From Tubulanus polymorphus (lineage: Eukaryota; Animalia; Nemertea), in contig NC_134030.1 of assembly GCF_964204645.1 (NCBI RefSeq), forward strand, positions 8,289,122 to 8,353,121: 64,000 nt of DNA. The letters are read 5' to 3'. The notes under the pieces were generated by a model. That model made no database searches. It was not told where the DNA came from and saw nothing but the letters and a program-made list of their open reading frames with translations. This document shows positions 50,850 through 61,212 of this stretch, piece by piece; within the stretch, counting starts at the first letter, position 1; the number at the start of each line of letters is the position of its first letter. Both the position numbers and the translations under genes were made by a program.

Positions 50850-51392
50850 GACAAAAAATTGTTAAAGCGTCTGGAGGAACTCGAGAAGAAGGTTACACAT
50901 CCAGCTCGTTCAGTAGAGAGCGCTCTGATGCAGGTGAGGGCAGCGCTTCAAAGGCCGGGCTCTTTCTTTGATCCATACTTCCTTCTCGGTTGTATGGAAG
51001 GCTTGGTAGAGGTGGCAGCTGAAACCACAGATCCGAAAAAAGGGTATTTTGATTCTGTGCTGAAAAGTATCAAGAGAAATATCGATTCTCCAGACTTACC
51101 TGCTTTGTGTAGGCGTTTGATTGGCTACCCGGATGATGAAAAAGTGGCATCAGTGGAGGCAAAATGGGCTAAAAAGCCGCACACAAACAATTATTACCCA
51201 ACTTACGGCTATTGGGGTGGGTCGGGTGTAGGCAGGGGATATGTTGGGCGCCGAGGTTACGGTACAAGGAGAGCAGGGAGAAGTTCCAGGGGGAATTGTT
51301 TCTTATGCCGCAAAGAGGGTCATTTTGTTCGCGACTGTCCTGAGAATAAGCAACCACAAGTGGTAACGAAGACTGAAAGTGAGGTTGTCTAA
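50850..51392 (+). CDS. gag: Gag-like ORF with CCHC zinc knuckle
   Basis: CFLCRKEGHFVRDC knuckle preceded by an RG-rich tract. Starts at acceptor GTGTTTCAG|GAC in phase 0. Confidence 0.85.
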   Translation, partial: DKKLLKRLEELEKKVTHPARSVESALMQVRAALQRPGSFFDPYFLLGCMEGLVEVAAETTDPKKGYFDSVLKSIKRNIDSPDLPALCRRLIGYPDDEKVASVEAKWAKKPHTNNYYPTYGYWGGSGVGRGYVGRRGYGTRRAGRSSRGNCFLCRKEGHFVRDCPENKQPQVVTKTESEVV

Positions 51393-51638
51393 ATGAGTTA
51401 GAACTTAGAGTTAGATTGAATTTAGTTTTGGATGATACGTAATGTTATATTGTGTTGTTAAAGATGTTAAACAAGGTTATTTTCTCTCCTTTAAATTGAT
51501 CATATGTTGGATAATTCATTTTGTTATCGGTTGTTTGTGGTCGGTTGGCTTTGTTGTCACAGGCTATCTAAGTCTGTTGTCACGGCTTATGTCGTGCTGG
51601 CAACGGGGCTGGACTGATGGACCTTAGTGTCTTTTCAG

Positions 51639-53819
51639 GATTTTGTTCCGTTGAAGATACCTGTGTGTAAAGACGTGTTTTGGGTTGGTGCTAGAGGTTC
51701 ATCCGTCCAGTTACCGTTGCCTGAGGTCGTCTCAGCCGAGACCGTTTCGAAATCGGCGGACAAGTATAACAATTTGACAATTTTTGACCTGCCCCTCAGG
51801 GACCCGGAGAATTTCGTCGCAGGTGAACTGAGTCGCCATCTGGAGGAATGGGAATTTATTCTACGGCAGTCAGAGGATCCGTTGTCAGACACGATTTTAT
51901 CTTGGGTGCGAGATGGTGTTCATATCCCAGATTTCTTTAAGAGGTTTAAGGGTCAGTTTAAAGGCAAGACGTATGATTGTGATGCGCCCCCAAAAACGGT
52001 GTTCCCGAATTCTGGAAACTGCGAACAATTTGAAGATTTCATTTCTACAACATTAAAAGGTCGGGTGGCTAATGGATCACTCAAGGTCTGGGGAAAGGTT
52101 GGGGTCGATCCACCCCCGCATTTAGTTATGCCCTTGACGGTTGAACCCACGAAACCCAGAATGTGCCACGACGAACGATTTCTAAATCTATGGATTCGGG
52201 ACTCGCCTTTCCATTTGGAAACTTTGGTAAACGTACCTCGCATGCTACATAAAAGCGCGTTTATGACCTCTGTCGATGATAAAAGTGGTTACGACCACAT
52301 CAGGGTAACACCGGGAAGTGAGGTGTATTTGGGAATCAGCTGGAAAGGTTGGTATTACGTTTACACCGTTATTCCTTTTGGTTTTAAGGCCTCGGCCTAT
52401 ATATACCAGAACACTGGCTTGGTTGCAACGGGTTACCTTCGAGACCTAGGAGTACAGATAACTCAATACATTGATGACCGTTTAAATGGGGAGCTTTTAA
52501 GTTCCTCGGCTAGGGGTTTAGAATCCATCACAAAGGCTAGGTTAGCTCTATATATGACTGCCCAAGTTTTAACAAGACTAGGGTATTTTCTAGGCCTCCA
52601 TAAATGCGTCCTGGAACCGTGTCAGTTATTAAAGCATTTAGGCTTATTTGTTAACACTATAGAGGAACGTTTTGAGATCCCAAATGATAAGGTGGTAAAA
52701 TTTGCCATTTTAAGGGACAATATTTTATCGTCCGAATTCGTTAACATTAAAACGATTCAGCGGTTTGTGGGTAAGATCATATCCTTCTCGCTGGTTGTAC
52801 CAGCTGCGAAGCTTTATACAAGGGAGTCAAACTTAGCTATTTCTAAGGCATTCAGAAACTCGAGACTCATTAGGGTTGAGGGCAATCTCAGAACTGAGAT
52901 AGAGTACTGGAAGATAATTGAATGTTTGCCAAGGGTGGTAAGGTGGCGCCAAGAGTGGCATGTCAGAATTCAGATGTATACGGACGCATCCTCTTATAGA
53001 TGGGGTGGGATAGTCACGATTGGTGAGCAGAGGTTTGAGCCCTCCGATTATTGGCCACAGGAGCTGGTACAAAAACCCATTGTAATAAAGGAAACCTTGG
53101 CACTTAAAAACGTGTTAATGGTGGTTTCTGATAAAATTAGAGACAGTAGAGTAGACGCTTTTGTAGATAATAAAACTATGATTGCGGCATGGGTTGGTGA
53201 AGGTTCCAAATCACATGATCTGTCAGAAGCAATTAAGCTTTTGTTTGAACTAACAGCAGAACAAAATGTGTTGTTGAAATTGCATTATGTACCGTCAAAA
53301 GAGAATCTAGCAGACGCTCCCTCGCGAATTTTGCGAAAATCGGAATGTATGTTATCTCCGCGTATATGGCAGCACGTGCAACGTGAATATGGGGGTGAAA
53401 ACGGACACTCGGTTGATTTGATGGCCCTTGATTCGAACGTAATGGTAGATTTGTCAGGCTCTCCACTACGACATTTTACGCCAACGCCATCTACTGATTC
53501 TAGTGGTGTAGATCTGTTCGCACAAAATCTATGCGACGAGGTTAATCCATATGTGTTTCCGCCAATTTCTAAGATACCGGCGGTTTTACGATTCTTGGCA
53601 GACGCAGTCAAAGAAGCATCTATCGTCATTCCAGAAATCTTTCCGAGGCCATTCTGGTGGCCTTTGGTAACCTCTCGTGCATCCAAACGTCGCCTGCTTG
53701 GCAAAAAGGGAGATGTGGGTGTTTTGAAATATCCGACTAAAAAAGGTTTTGTGGAGGATACAGTAGGCATACCGTGGGATCTGTTTGTTTATAGGATAGA
53801 TTTTGATAGATTAGATTGA
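51639..53819 (+). CDS. pol: Reverse transcriptase - RNase H - methyltransferase-like ORF of the DIRS-type element
   Basis: RT motifs DDKSGYDHI, VIPFGFKAS, QYIDD. RNase H motifs YTDAS, IKETLA, FVDNK, YVPSKENLADAPSR. MT-like motifs VDLMA...GVDLFAQ...YVFPP...PFWWP. Uninterrupted frame opened by acceptor CTTTTCAG|GAT. Confidence 0.93.
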   Translation, partial: DFVPLKIPVCKDVFWVGARGSSVQLPLPEVVSAETVSKSADKYNNLTIFDLPLRDPENFVAGELSRHLEEWEFILRQSEDPLSDTILSWVRDGVHIPDFFKRFKGQFKGKTYDCDAPPKTVFPNSGNCEQFEDFISTTLKGRVANGSLKVWGKVGVDPPPHLVMPLTVEPTKPRMCHDERFLNLWIRDSPFHLETLVNVPRMLHKSAFMTSVDDKSGYDHIRVTPGSEVYLGISWKGWYYVYTVIPFGFKASAYIYQNTGLVATGYLRDLGVQITQYIDDRLNGELLSSSARGLESITKARLALYMTAQVLTRLGYFLGLHKCVLEPCQLLKHLGLFVNTIEERFEIPNDKVVKFAILRDNILSSEFVNIKTIQRFVGKIISFSLVVPAAKLYTRESNLAISKAFRNSRLIRVEGNLRTEIEYWKIIECLPRVVRWRQEWHVRIQMYTDASSYRWGGIVTIGEQRFEPSDYWPQELVQKPIVIKETLALKNVLMVVSDKIRDSRVDAFVDNKTMIAAWVGEGSKSHDLSEAIKLLFELTAEQNVLLKLHYVPSKENLADAPSRILRKSECMLSPRIWQHVQREYGGENGHSVDLMALDSNVMVDLSGSPLRHFTPTPSTDSSGVDLFAQNLCDEVNPYVFPPISKIPAVLRFLADAVKEASIVIPEIFPRPFWWPLVTSRASKRRLLGKKGDVGVLKYPTKKGFVEDTVGIPWDLFVYRIDFDRLD

Positions 53820-54006
53820 AAGATTAAATTGACATGTTTTCCTGAGCGATAACATGGTGTTGCGTAACGGTGGTCTTTATTTTCTACTCTGATCTATGCA
53901 CGGTAAAATCCGGATGCATAACTCTGCTTTTACGTTAATAAACGTTTTGTCTTTTCTGATATACCTCGTTTATTATGGTTCTTTTAAGATCTGTCATATT
54001 TTACAG

Positions 54007-55346
54007 GATCTGTCTCTGCATCACGAGAACCATTGTGCGGACTGTGGACATCGCTCGCGACAGCACTCAAATTTCTGCTACAATTGTGGTTCAGAGTTAA
54101 GCAATGCGGATGGCGAGAACGGTACATTGCTAGCCTTACCATTAAAAGATTTGGATGCCCGGTTAAATTCTATGTCAGTGAGTGAGCGCAACTCTGTTTA
54201 TGGCCGAAAGAAGTCAAAACTGGAAGAAGATTTGGTCTTGTTCCTCAGGTCACTGCGCCCATCGAGATCCTTGTTGACGGCATCACCTAGGGATATCTGT
54301 AGGTTCATGGTATTCAGGGATGCTCGGGGTAAAACAGTAGTACACTCTTTAACCTGTCCGGTACGAGGTTGGAAAGCAGTCTCGAAGGCCTCACCAAGGA
54401 CCGGTGGTTGTTTATGCCCCAAAAGACTGGCAGCCGGAACGGTCGATTCCTATCTGGGTCAGATAAGGGCAATATTTAACTCGATTGGTAAAATTGGCTG
54501 TTGGCATCCCGAGCGCGGAACTGGGAATCCTACCATATCAGAAGAGGTAAAACAATACCTGAGAGTGACTAAGAAGGAGCAATCGGTGGCTATGATCACC
54601 CCTAAACAAGCCGTCCCAATGTACCTTAGCAAATTGACGGCAATGATTCTCTCTATTGATAAACGCTTGGCTGTCCCAGATTTACCCGCGGTAACGGAGT
54701 ATATTTTAGCAAGGGACCAGGCTTTCTTCAAACTTGATTTTCTAACAGGACATAGGGCGGCAGACTTAGGTCGGTTTTTGACAGATGGGATCTCTCAGAG
54801 TGACGATGGAAGGGTAATCATTTTAAATCTAACGTTCGGGAAAACACTGCGGGATGGTTCGGTTTTGACATCCGTAGTTACTCGTTTTAACAACCCGGTT
54901 CTGTGCCCGGTTTTGGCGATTGAAAGGTATTTTGCTGTTGTAAAGGCGCTTGGAGTTGACCTTGGGGGGGGGGTTACTTATTCCGGATAACGAATAAAGA
55001 GGGCGCTATCGTTAATAACGGACTCGACTCGAATGCGGTGGGAAGCCGTTTGAAAACTTACCTAAAAGAAATTTGTATGTATGACGGTGAGACCCCGCAT
55101 AGTTTTAGGGTTGGATGCTCCGTTATGTTGGCTTCTTTGGGCCATACATCTAAAGAGGTGACTTCTTATATTGGTTGGAAGCATCAGTCCATGGCAAAGC
55201 ATTACACCAAACATGCTTGTGTGATGCAGGGTAAAGTCTCTGACTCTCTCGGTCAGGCTATGGGACAGTTAACTGATAAAAGTGTAGAATCATATCGCCT
55301 GAATAATGCTACAAGCGGGTTTAAACCAATGTTTTCATCCATGTAG
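54007..55346 (+). CDS. Tyrosine recombinase with N-terminal zinc ribbon and ALOG domain; frameshifted at a G10 run (54964-54973)
   Basis: CADC..FCYNC zinc ribbon. ALOG-like GKTVVH..C...CLCPKRLAAGTVDSYLGQIRAIF...GNP...EVKQYLR. Catalytic residues in GHRAADL, FGKT, HSFR, IGW and KHY. Changing frame at the G-run restores GYLFR and joins ORF 55038-55346. Confidence 0.88.
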
Positions 55347-55569
55347 GTTCTACGTACGCCAATTTATATCGATAAGAAACTAGACGCTAATACGAATTTT
55401 GTATATTAATATACCCGATTTCTAAGGCGGGTCTAAATAAATCGACTGCGGATGCATATTCTGTCTTCTGATTTTTGGCCTCGTTTCACTCGGCCTAGTA
55501 TAGTTGGGGTTTGGGTGTAGTTGTGGAAAGGTTTTTAGTATTTGTTGTGGTTATCAGTAAGGGGTTGGG

Positions 55570-55687
55570 TCGTTTTTTATCCCCAATCACTACATAACCG
55601 CGGAACGAGAAACCACCGATCAGTGTGGATATTATACTATCCACACTGATCATGTGACACTAGTGACGCGGTCACTTCTTAGTTTGC
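55570..55687 (+). repeat. Internal B1-A2 junction of the split direct repeats, containing a 14-6-14 palindrome (55618-55651)
   Basis: GATCAGTGTGGATA-TTATAC-TATCCACACTGATC. Confidence 0.95.
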
Positions 55688-55823
55688 GGAAGATGGGGAG
55701 TCGAGTGTGACAGGTGTGCCTTGTACAGTGGAGGGAATGGGCCAATGAAATACAGGATGGGTTAAGATATTTAAAAAAAAAAAAAAAAAAATACCCAGCG
55801 TATGTGGCTACTTGTTCCGGGTT

Positions 55824-55893
55824 TCGTTTTTTATCCCCAATCACTACATAACCGCGGAACGAGAAACCACCGATCAGTGTGGATATTATACTA
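55824..55893 (+). repeat. Split direct repeat B2 (right terminus)
   Basis: 70 bp identical to 55570-55639. Confidence 0.95.
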
Positions 55894-58800
55894 AGCGCTT
55901 TAGTTCTATGGATATGCAATGGTACTGGGAATTCCATGACGAAAACTTGACGGATCGTTGTGCAATGCATTTGAAGTATTAGATGATAATGAATGTACAC
56001 TAACCGCATTAGACAAAAATATTTATTTAATCGAGAAAATAGAACTGCGACATTTTTTTCCAATTAACTCAAGAATTAAATGGGTTAGTTGTTCTAAACC
56101 TTGGCATGGCATTTGGTATGATATGAACATTCTTATCTGTTTTTTGTTGGAAGGATTGCCAAAAAGTAAAAAATGCCATGCGAACTAAAAATTAAACGGG
56201 GTTCGAACCAACTTATGTTTTTGGTGCAAAAACCTTGCAGACCTGGTAACATAAGTACGAAGGGAAATACCATAACAATTAGCTAAAAAGTTGTTGGGAC
56301 AATAATTTGAACTGATCGTGTGAATTATCTTAGCTCAGATCGGGATTCGAACTAAAAACTTCATGCAAAATCCGTTGCCAGACAATGGCGCCATCATCTG
56401 GGCTTGTGTCGAACTAAGAATAAATTTGCATAACAAATGTCGGGATGCAGCAGGTAGTGCGTCGTGTGGTAGATTTAGTGGTTTAAAATGTCAAATTAAC
56501 GACGTTCACGATGAGATCTGGCGTAACGAGTCAACAGAATCAAAAGGTAAGACTGATACGTCGATTTACGGGGTATTCTGCGCACGGACTGGCGCTATTT
56601 AACCGCCGAGTCGTCTTTCTTCACCCTGTTAAGTTCTCTCCTAAATTCTTACTGTCTTCTGCTCGTAGTAGGGATTTCAGGTTGAAAATTTCTATGTGTC
56701 CTATGTGTCTTTTTAATAGGTTAAAATGAAGAAGGGGATAGCATAAGGATATAGCACTTTACAGAATCAAAATCGGTCAAGCGGTTCAAAAGTTATAAGC
56801 AATTAAAGGGTGGAAATTTGGGGTATATTTGTCATTCGATTGCGCAATACACTCTAGTTCATTTTCAATTAAAGAGTCAGACAGGAAGTGTCTAGGTTTT
56901 ACTGCTTTTTAGCCTGATTAAAGTAGTAAATTCAACATTAAAACTAATATATCTCCCAAAATTTCTATCCGATTGAAACCAAACTTGCTCAGCACGTTGT
57001 TGGTAAAAAGAGTATTGAGATTCTAGAAGTATTTATGCAAATATGTAAATTAGGCTAATTTGCATACTCATTAACTAATTAATACATACTACAATACCAT
57101 TAATACACTATATGAGAATTTCTTTTTCAAGATAAATGATACTGGAATACATCCAATATCAATTTTGAGGTAAATACAATGGAGACATCGAACAACTAGG
57201 TTATACCGGTTACCGTGGTAACCATAAGGTGAGTATTGAGGCGGCCATCTTGAATCTAATTAACTTCCACTGAATTGTAAATAGCTCATTCGATATGGCC
57301 TTTAGGCCTATATTGTTAACAATAATTCCTCTTCTAGAATATCTCAATGTTCCTAAGATCATATTCCTGCATTTTGAGATGCTCAGATACTAATAATAAT
57401 CATTATATTTTCAGATCCTCACTTGCCGCAGAAGAATCAGACAATCATTTGAAGAGATTTATCAAGTTCAGAAAAAATGAATGTATTAAAATGAATGTGT
57501 AAACCCTTGTTATTCTTTCAGAGATCCTTAAAAGACATCTCGAAAAAATATCTTTATCATGATATCTCAGATTGTGGCTCACAAGAAGGCGGCCATCTTG
57601 TTTTATGTCGATATTTCATCGGAAGTGACCAATTTCAACAAAGTATGTCATGTTTGGTATCTAATGAAAGGTCTTTTTCCTGGAAGTTTCTTCTATTGAA
57701 TAAGAATGATGACAAACTAGCTCAATTGAATGTATTAGACAAGTATTAGTCTGTAAATATTGATCCCAGAAGATAAGATGCACAATCATGAACATTAGGA
57801 CATCCGTGTTCACATCTATCATTTCACAACGTAGGGCCTAGCCGATCAGTGAAAATAATCCTAACATAAAATGTTTCACTCATCAGTATGGCCACCCATG
57901 AAACATTAGTACCTCATAGTCATCAAAGTCAAAGCTGTATTGGTTTGCCTATTGATGGAGGTTTCGGGAGCCGAAAGTCTTTTTTACTAAAACGCAAAAT
58001 CTCAAGGCCTTAGTTATATAGTTTTTTTTCTGATTTTGAGTAATATATTCCACAACATCAAGAGGATAGACCTACGTAGGCCTATGAGAGGTTAGATTTA
58101 GGTGACCAACATCATTTGGCTCGAAAAACCATTGATTGGGTGTTTTAGGCCTACTGCACTACTGGCGGCAGTTACATTGCAGTGGTAGGCCTAGGAGGCC
58201 TCGAGTCAAAAAAGCTCAAATAAGTAAATTTCATTTCAGGAGCTATCCTAGCATTTCCTTTAATTGTGAAGATGAATATTTCAACTTATTAGGCAAAGGA
58301 GATTGGGAAAAGTAAATTTTTGCTTGGGAAAAAATTTGCACAAGACAAGGCCTGGATTCTGGTGGAAAATACTAAAGAATTTGCCATTCGATAGCCATTA
58401 TTTTACTTATACTTGGCCGATTTCTTAATAAAGAATAAATTTATTGAGTAACATTGTCGTTTTAGTTGCTAAATTGCCATTTAGAGTAGCAAAAACGAAC
58501 CAGGAAGTGTTTTAATTGATCAGCTGGCAGCCGGTGTGGAGCCGGAAGTGACCCGGATGTAAACAATTTTAAGCACCTCGCCAACTTTAGGTCAAAATCC
58601 GCGAAAGACTACTAAATCAATCATAAAAGTAATTAAAGAAAATGATTAATTAAGTATTCAATTTTGAAACGTATGGGTGTACTTTTTGTCAATTATTATA
58701 ATTTTCGCATATTGAAGCTTTGAAATACGTTCATCGCTTAAAAATAGCAAATACACGGCCGGGCAAAAAAGTACGCACCACTACGTTATAGCCGAGTAAT

Positions 58801-59557
58801 GTTTTTAAAATGTTCCGAGGTCAAATAATCAGCCAATCAACAGCGGGCTTGCGGATTTGACCTAAAAAATTGCATGTGGTTTTCACGTGATTGAAAAATG
58901 CACGTTCAAACATGGCCGCCATTTTGTTTCCTAGAAATCCGGCGATGCGCGCTGAACTACGATTTATTTCTCTGTAACTACGCAAGATACACTCATGAAA
59001 TTTACACCACAACAAATAACCGGTAAATTGAGCATACTGAGCAAGTTTGGTTTCAATCGGATATAAAATGCGTTTTTTGTGAGTGAATAAAAATTTGAAG
59101 CGAGGAAAACGCTAATTATGACACATTTTGATCACGTGACCTGAAATCCCTACTCGTAGTTGGATGATGATGGATTGTGGATTTTCTAGCTGCGTCACAA
59201 CGCAATAAACCCATCAATTCTGAACTGGAAACCTTTTTCGTTTTAAAAATCCATGAGATTGAAACCATCAGTTTTTCACAGTGACAGATAGAACTGAGAC
59301 AAGTGTTGTCAAGTTGATAACCGCGCTGTGTTGGTCTCTTCTGCCTCTGGCGTACGCTAAGCTTACCTGCCACACAAGTTTTGCTGGGTTCATTCAAATT
59401 TGAAAAATGATTTAAATGGTGTAGGGCCTCTAAGCATAGAAGCCTATATACATTTATGGAATTGGGGATTTTTGTCATTAGGGTTGTTGCCAGGTTTTCC
59501 TTTGAAGCAGAACTCATTTTTTGGACATGGTGTAAAAATCGGGGGTGGATCCATCTA

Positions 59558-60056
59558 CTGTCTGTCACACCTACTCTCCGTGCGACGTTTTGGTCCGTAA
59601 TTTCGTTAATAATCGGTTTTTCTACCTTTATTATGCATCAATTTGTTCAGCGAGGAATTTGCATTCAGAAATAAACAACAATTTTCACTTAAGTTGTTTT
59701 TGTTTTCATTTATGAGCGATAGTTTACTCAGCATACGCTCGCGTAATGCTAAAAAGCCGCTCCGCGGACGCTCGGAAACGTTACAGTGACGTCATCACCT
59801 GCTCATTAGCATATCAAAATACTGTAGGTGGCGCCAAGTGACGGGCCATAAAAGCCGTTTTTCAGCATTACGCGAGCGTATGCTAGGTAAACTATCGCTG
59901 ATAGAAGAAAACACAAACAAATTTCTGCCAGTTCATGATTTATTTCTGAATGCAAATTCCTTACTGAACAAATTGATGCATAATATTTACAGATCAACCG
60001 ATTATTAACGGAATTACGGACCAAAACGTCGCACGAAGAGCATGTGTGACAGACAG
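59558..60056. mobile_element. ~500-bp fold-back element with long imperfect inverted arms
   Basis: CTGTCTGTCACAC...TGCGACGTTTTGGTCCGTAATT...GCATACGCTCGCGTAATGCT is mirrored by AGCATTACGCGAGCGTATGC...AATTACGGACCAAAACGTCGCA...GTGTGACAGACAG. Confidence 0.85.
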
Positions 60057-61212
60057 GTAGTCCATGAACGCATGAAAATCTGGAATTAGTAGGGAATTAG
60101 GTAACAGGTAGCATTAGTACTAAAGGAAGGGCCCACTGTTTATCTTTGGTGGAATGTGCGCAGGCCCTACAAAAGATGTAAAAGAAGTAACTTGTTTCTC
60201 CCCTGAAAATTATGAAAAATAGGCCTCCTACAAGTAATAGACCTGATATTTTCTAGCATGCTTCTGGGAAATCGATAAACCTGGTAGGCCTCGCTGCCTT
60301 AAAACACCCAGCAAGCATTTACCTAGATGTCGACCATTAGACCTAGCTGTGATCCCATCAGCCTAACAGCCAATTCAAAATCATATTTTATTGAACCTGT
60401 GTTTGAATTCATTTCTTTCCATGAAATTGCTGAGTAATAGTGTCTCCCGTAACCTGCCCACATTCCAGGCACGTACGCAGCCTCTATTTTGGGTGGGTGC
60501 GAATTTAATGATAGGCCTAGTGAGTCTAATTAGGTCTAGCGTTTTTAGATACATTTCCGGCCAATATTAGTGAATATTGCATAACAAAATCACTGAAACA
60601 TCAATGTAATCTGATAAATTTTCTCTGACAAAAATGACAGAATTCGGAACCCCCTGCACCCCCTGGGTACGGGCCTGCATTCTACCCCACATGTATAGAG
60701 CCTATACGCGTATGGATCCATTCACAAAGATTCAACCTATATCCGGATTGGGTTACTTAGCAATTACCAGTATGCAACAGGCTATCTGATAGGCGCAAGT
60801 CGATTTCAGAGTGGCTGAAGCTGCATAACTATAGGCCTTAACCACTGGGTGCTAGGCCCTAGTTGGAATCCCTGTGGTGGGGTATGTAAGCCTATAAGCC
60901 AACTGCTTCAGGATGGAAAAAAAGCCATTTTCGACCGACCAATAATCAGCGGCGTCTTTAAACTAGGCCTAAATGATTCATCTACGTAGTCACAACCGAG
61001 AGAGAGATAGAACGAAGCGTTGCTCGCTCCGAATAATCGAGTTAAAAAAAATTACCTATCCAGGGAAAAACAGCTAATTAGCACTTCTGGTCGGGGGTTA
61101 TCAGATAAATCAGCTGCGGGAATCTTTTAATGCGCCGGATAAACTTTGATGTGTTTACCTCTGGGGGATACGCGACGTTGGCAGATCGGCTTTTAAGCCG
61201 ATTCGAAAGAAA

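Larger units (their letters stand above)
48730..55893 (+). mobile_element. Full-length tyrosine-recombinase retrotransposon (DIRS order; split-direct-repeat termini as in PAT/Ngaro-type elements; carries an MT-like domain and an ALOG-type YR)
   Basis: A1 (48730-48781) equals A2 (55636-55687), 52 bp identical. B1 (55570-55639) equals B2 (55824-55893), 70 bp identical. Order is A1-ORFs-B1-A2-B2. Gag zinc knuckle, RT/RNaseH/MT and YR ORFs lie between the repeats. Confidence 0.95.

Noticed and set aside
51635-54731. Antisense ORFs within the retroelement
   Set aside because: Shadow frames of Pol and YR with no recognisable domains.
55894-56185. Possible upstream E2 exon on the far side of the retroelement
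   Set aside because: The short ORF hits a stop, the donor is poor, and there is no suitable acceptor ahead of the E2 ATG.
56550-59190. Scattered inverted motifs (GAAACCAAACTTGCTCAG at ~56976 and ~59038; GTAGGGATTTCAGGT at ~56668 and ~59139) suggesting a DNA transposon
   Set aside because: No transposase ORF, and I could not define termini or a target duplication; probably decayed non-autonomous elements.
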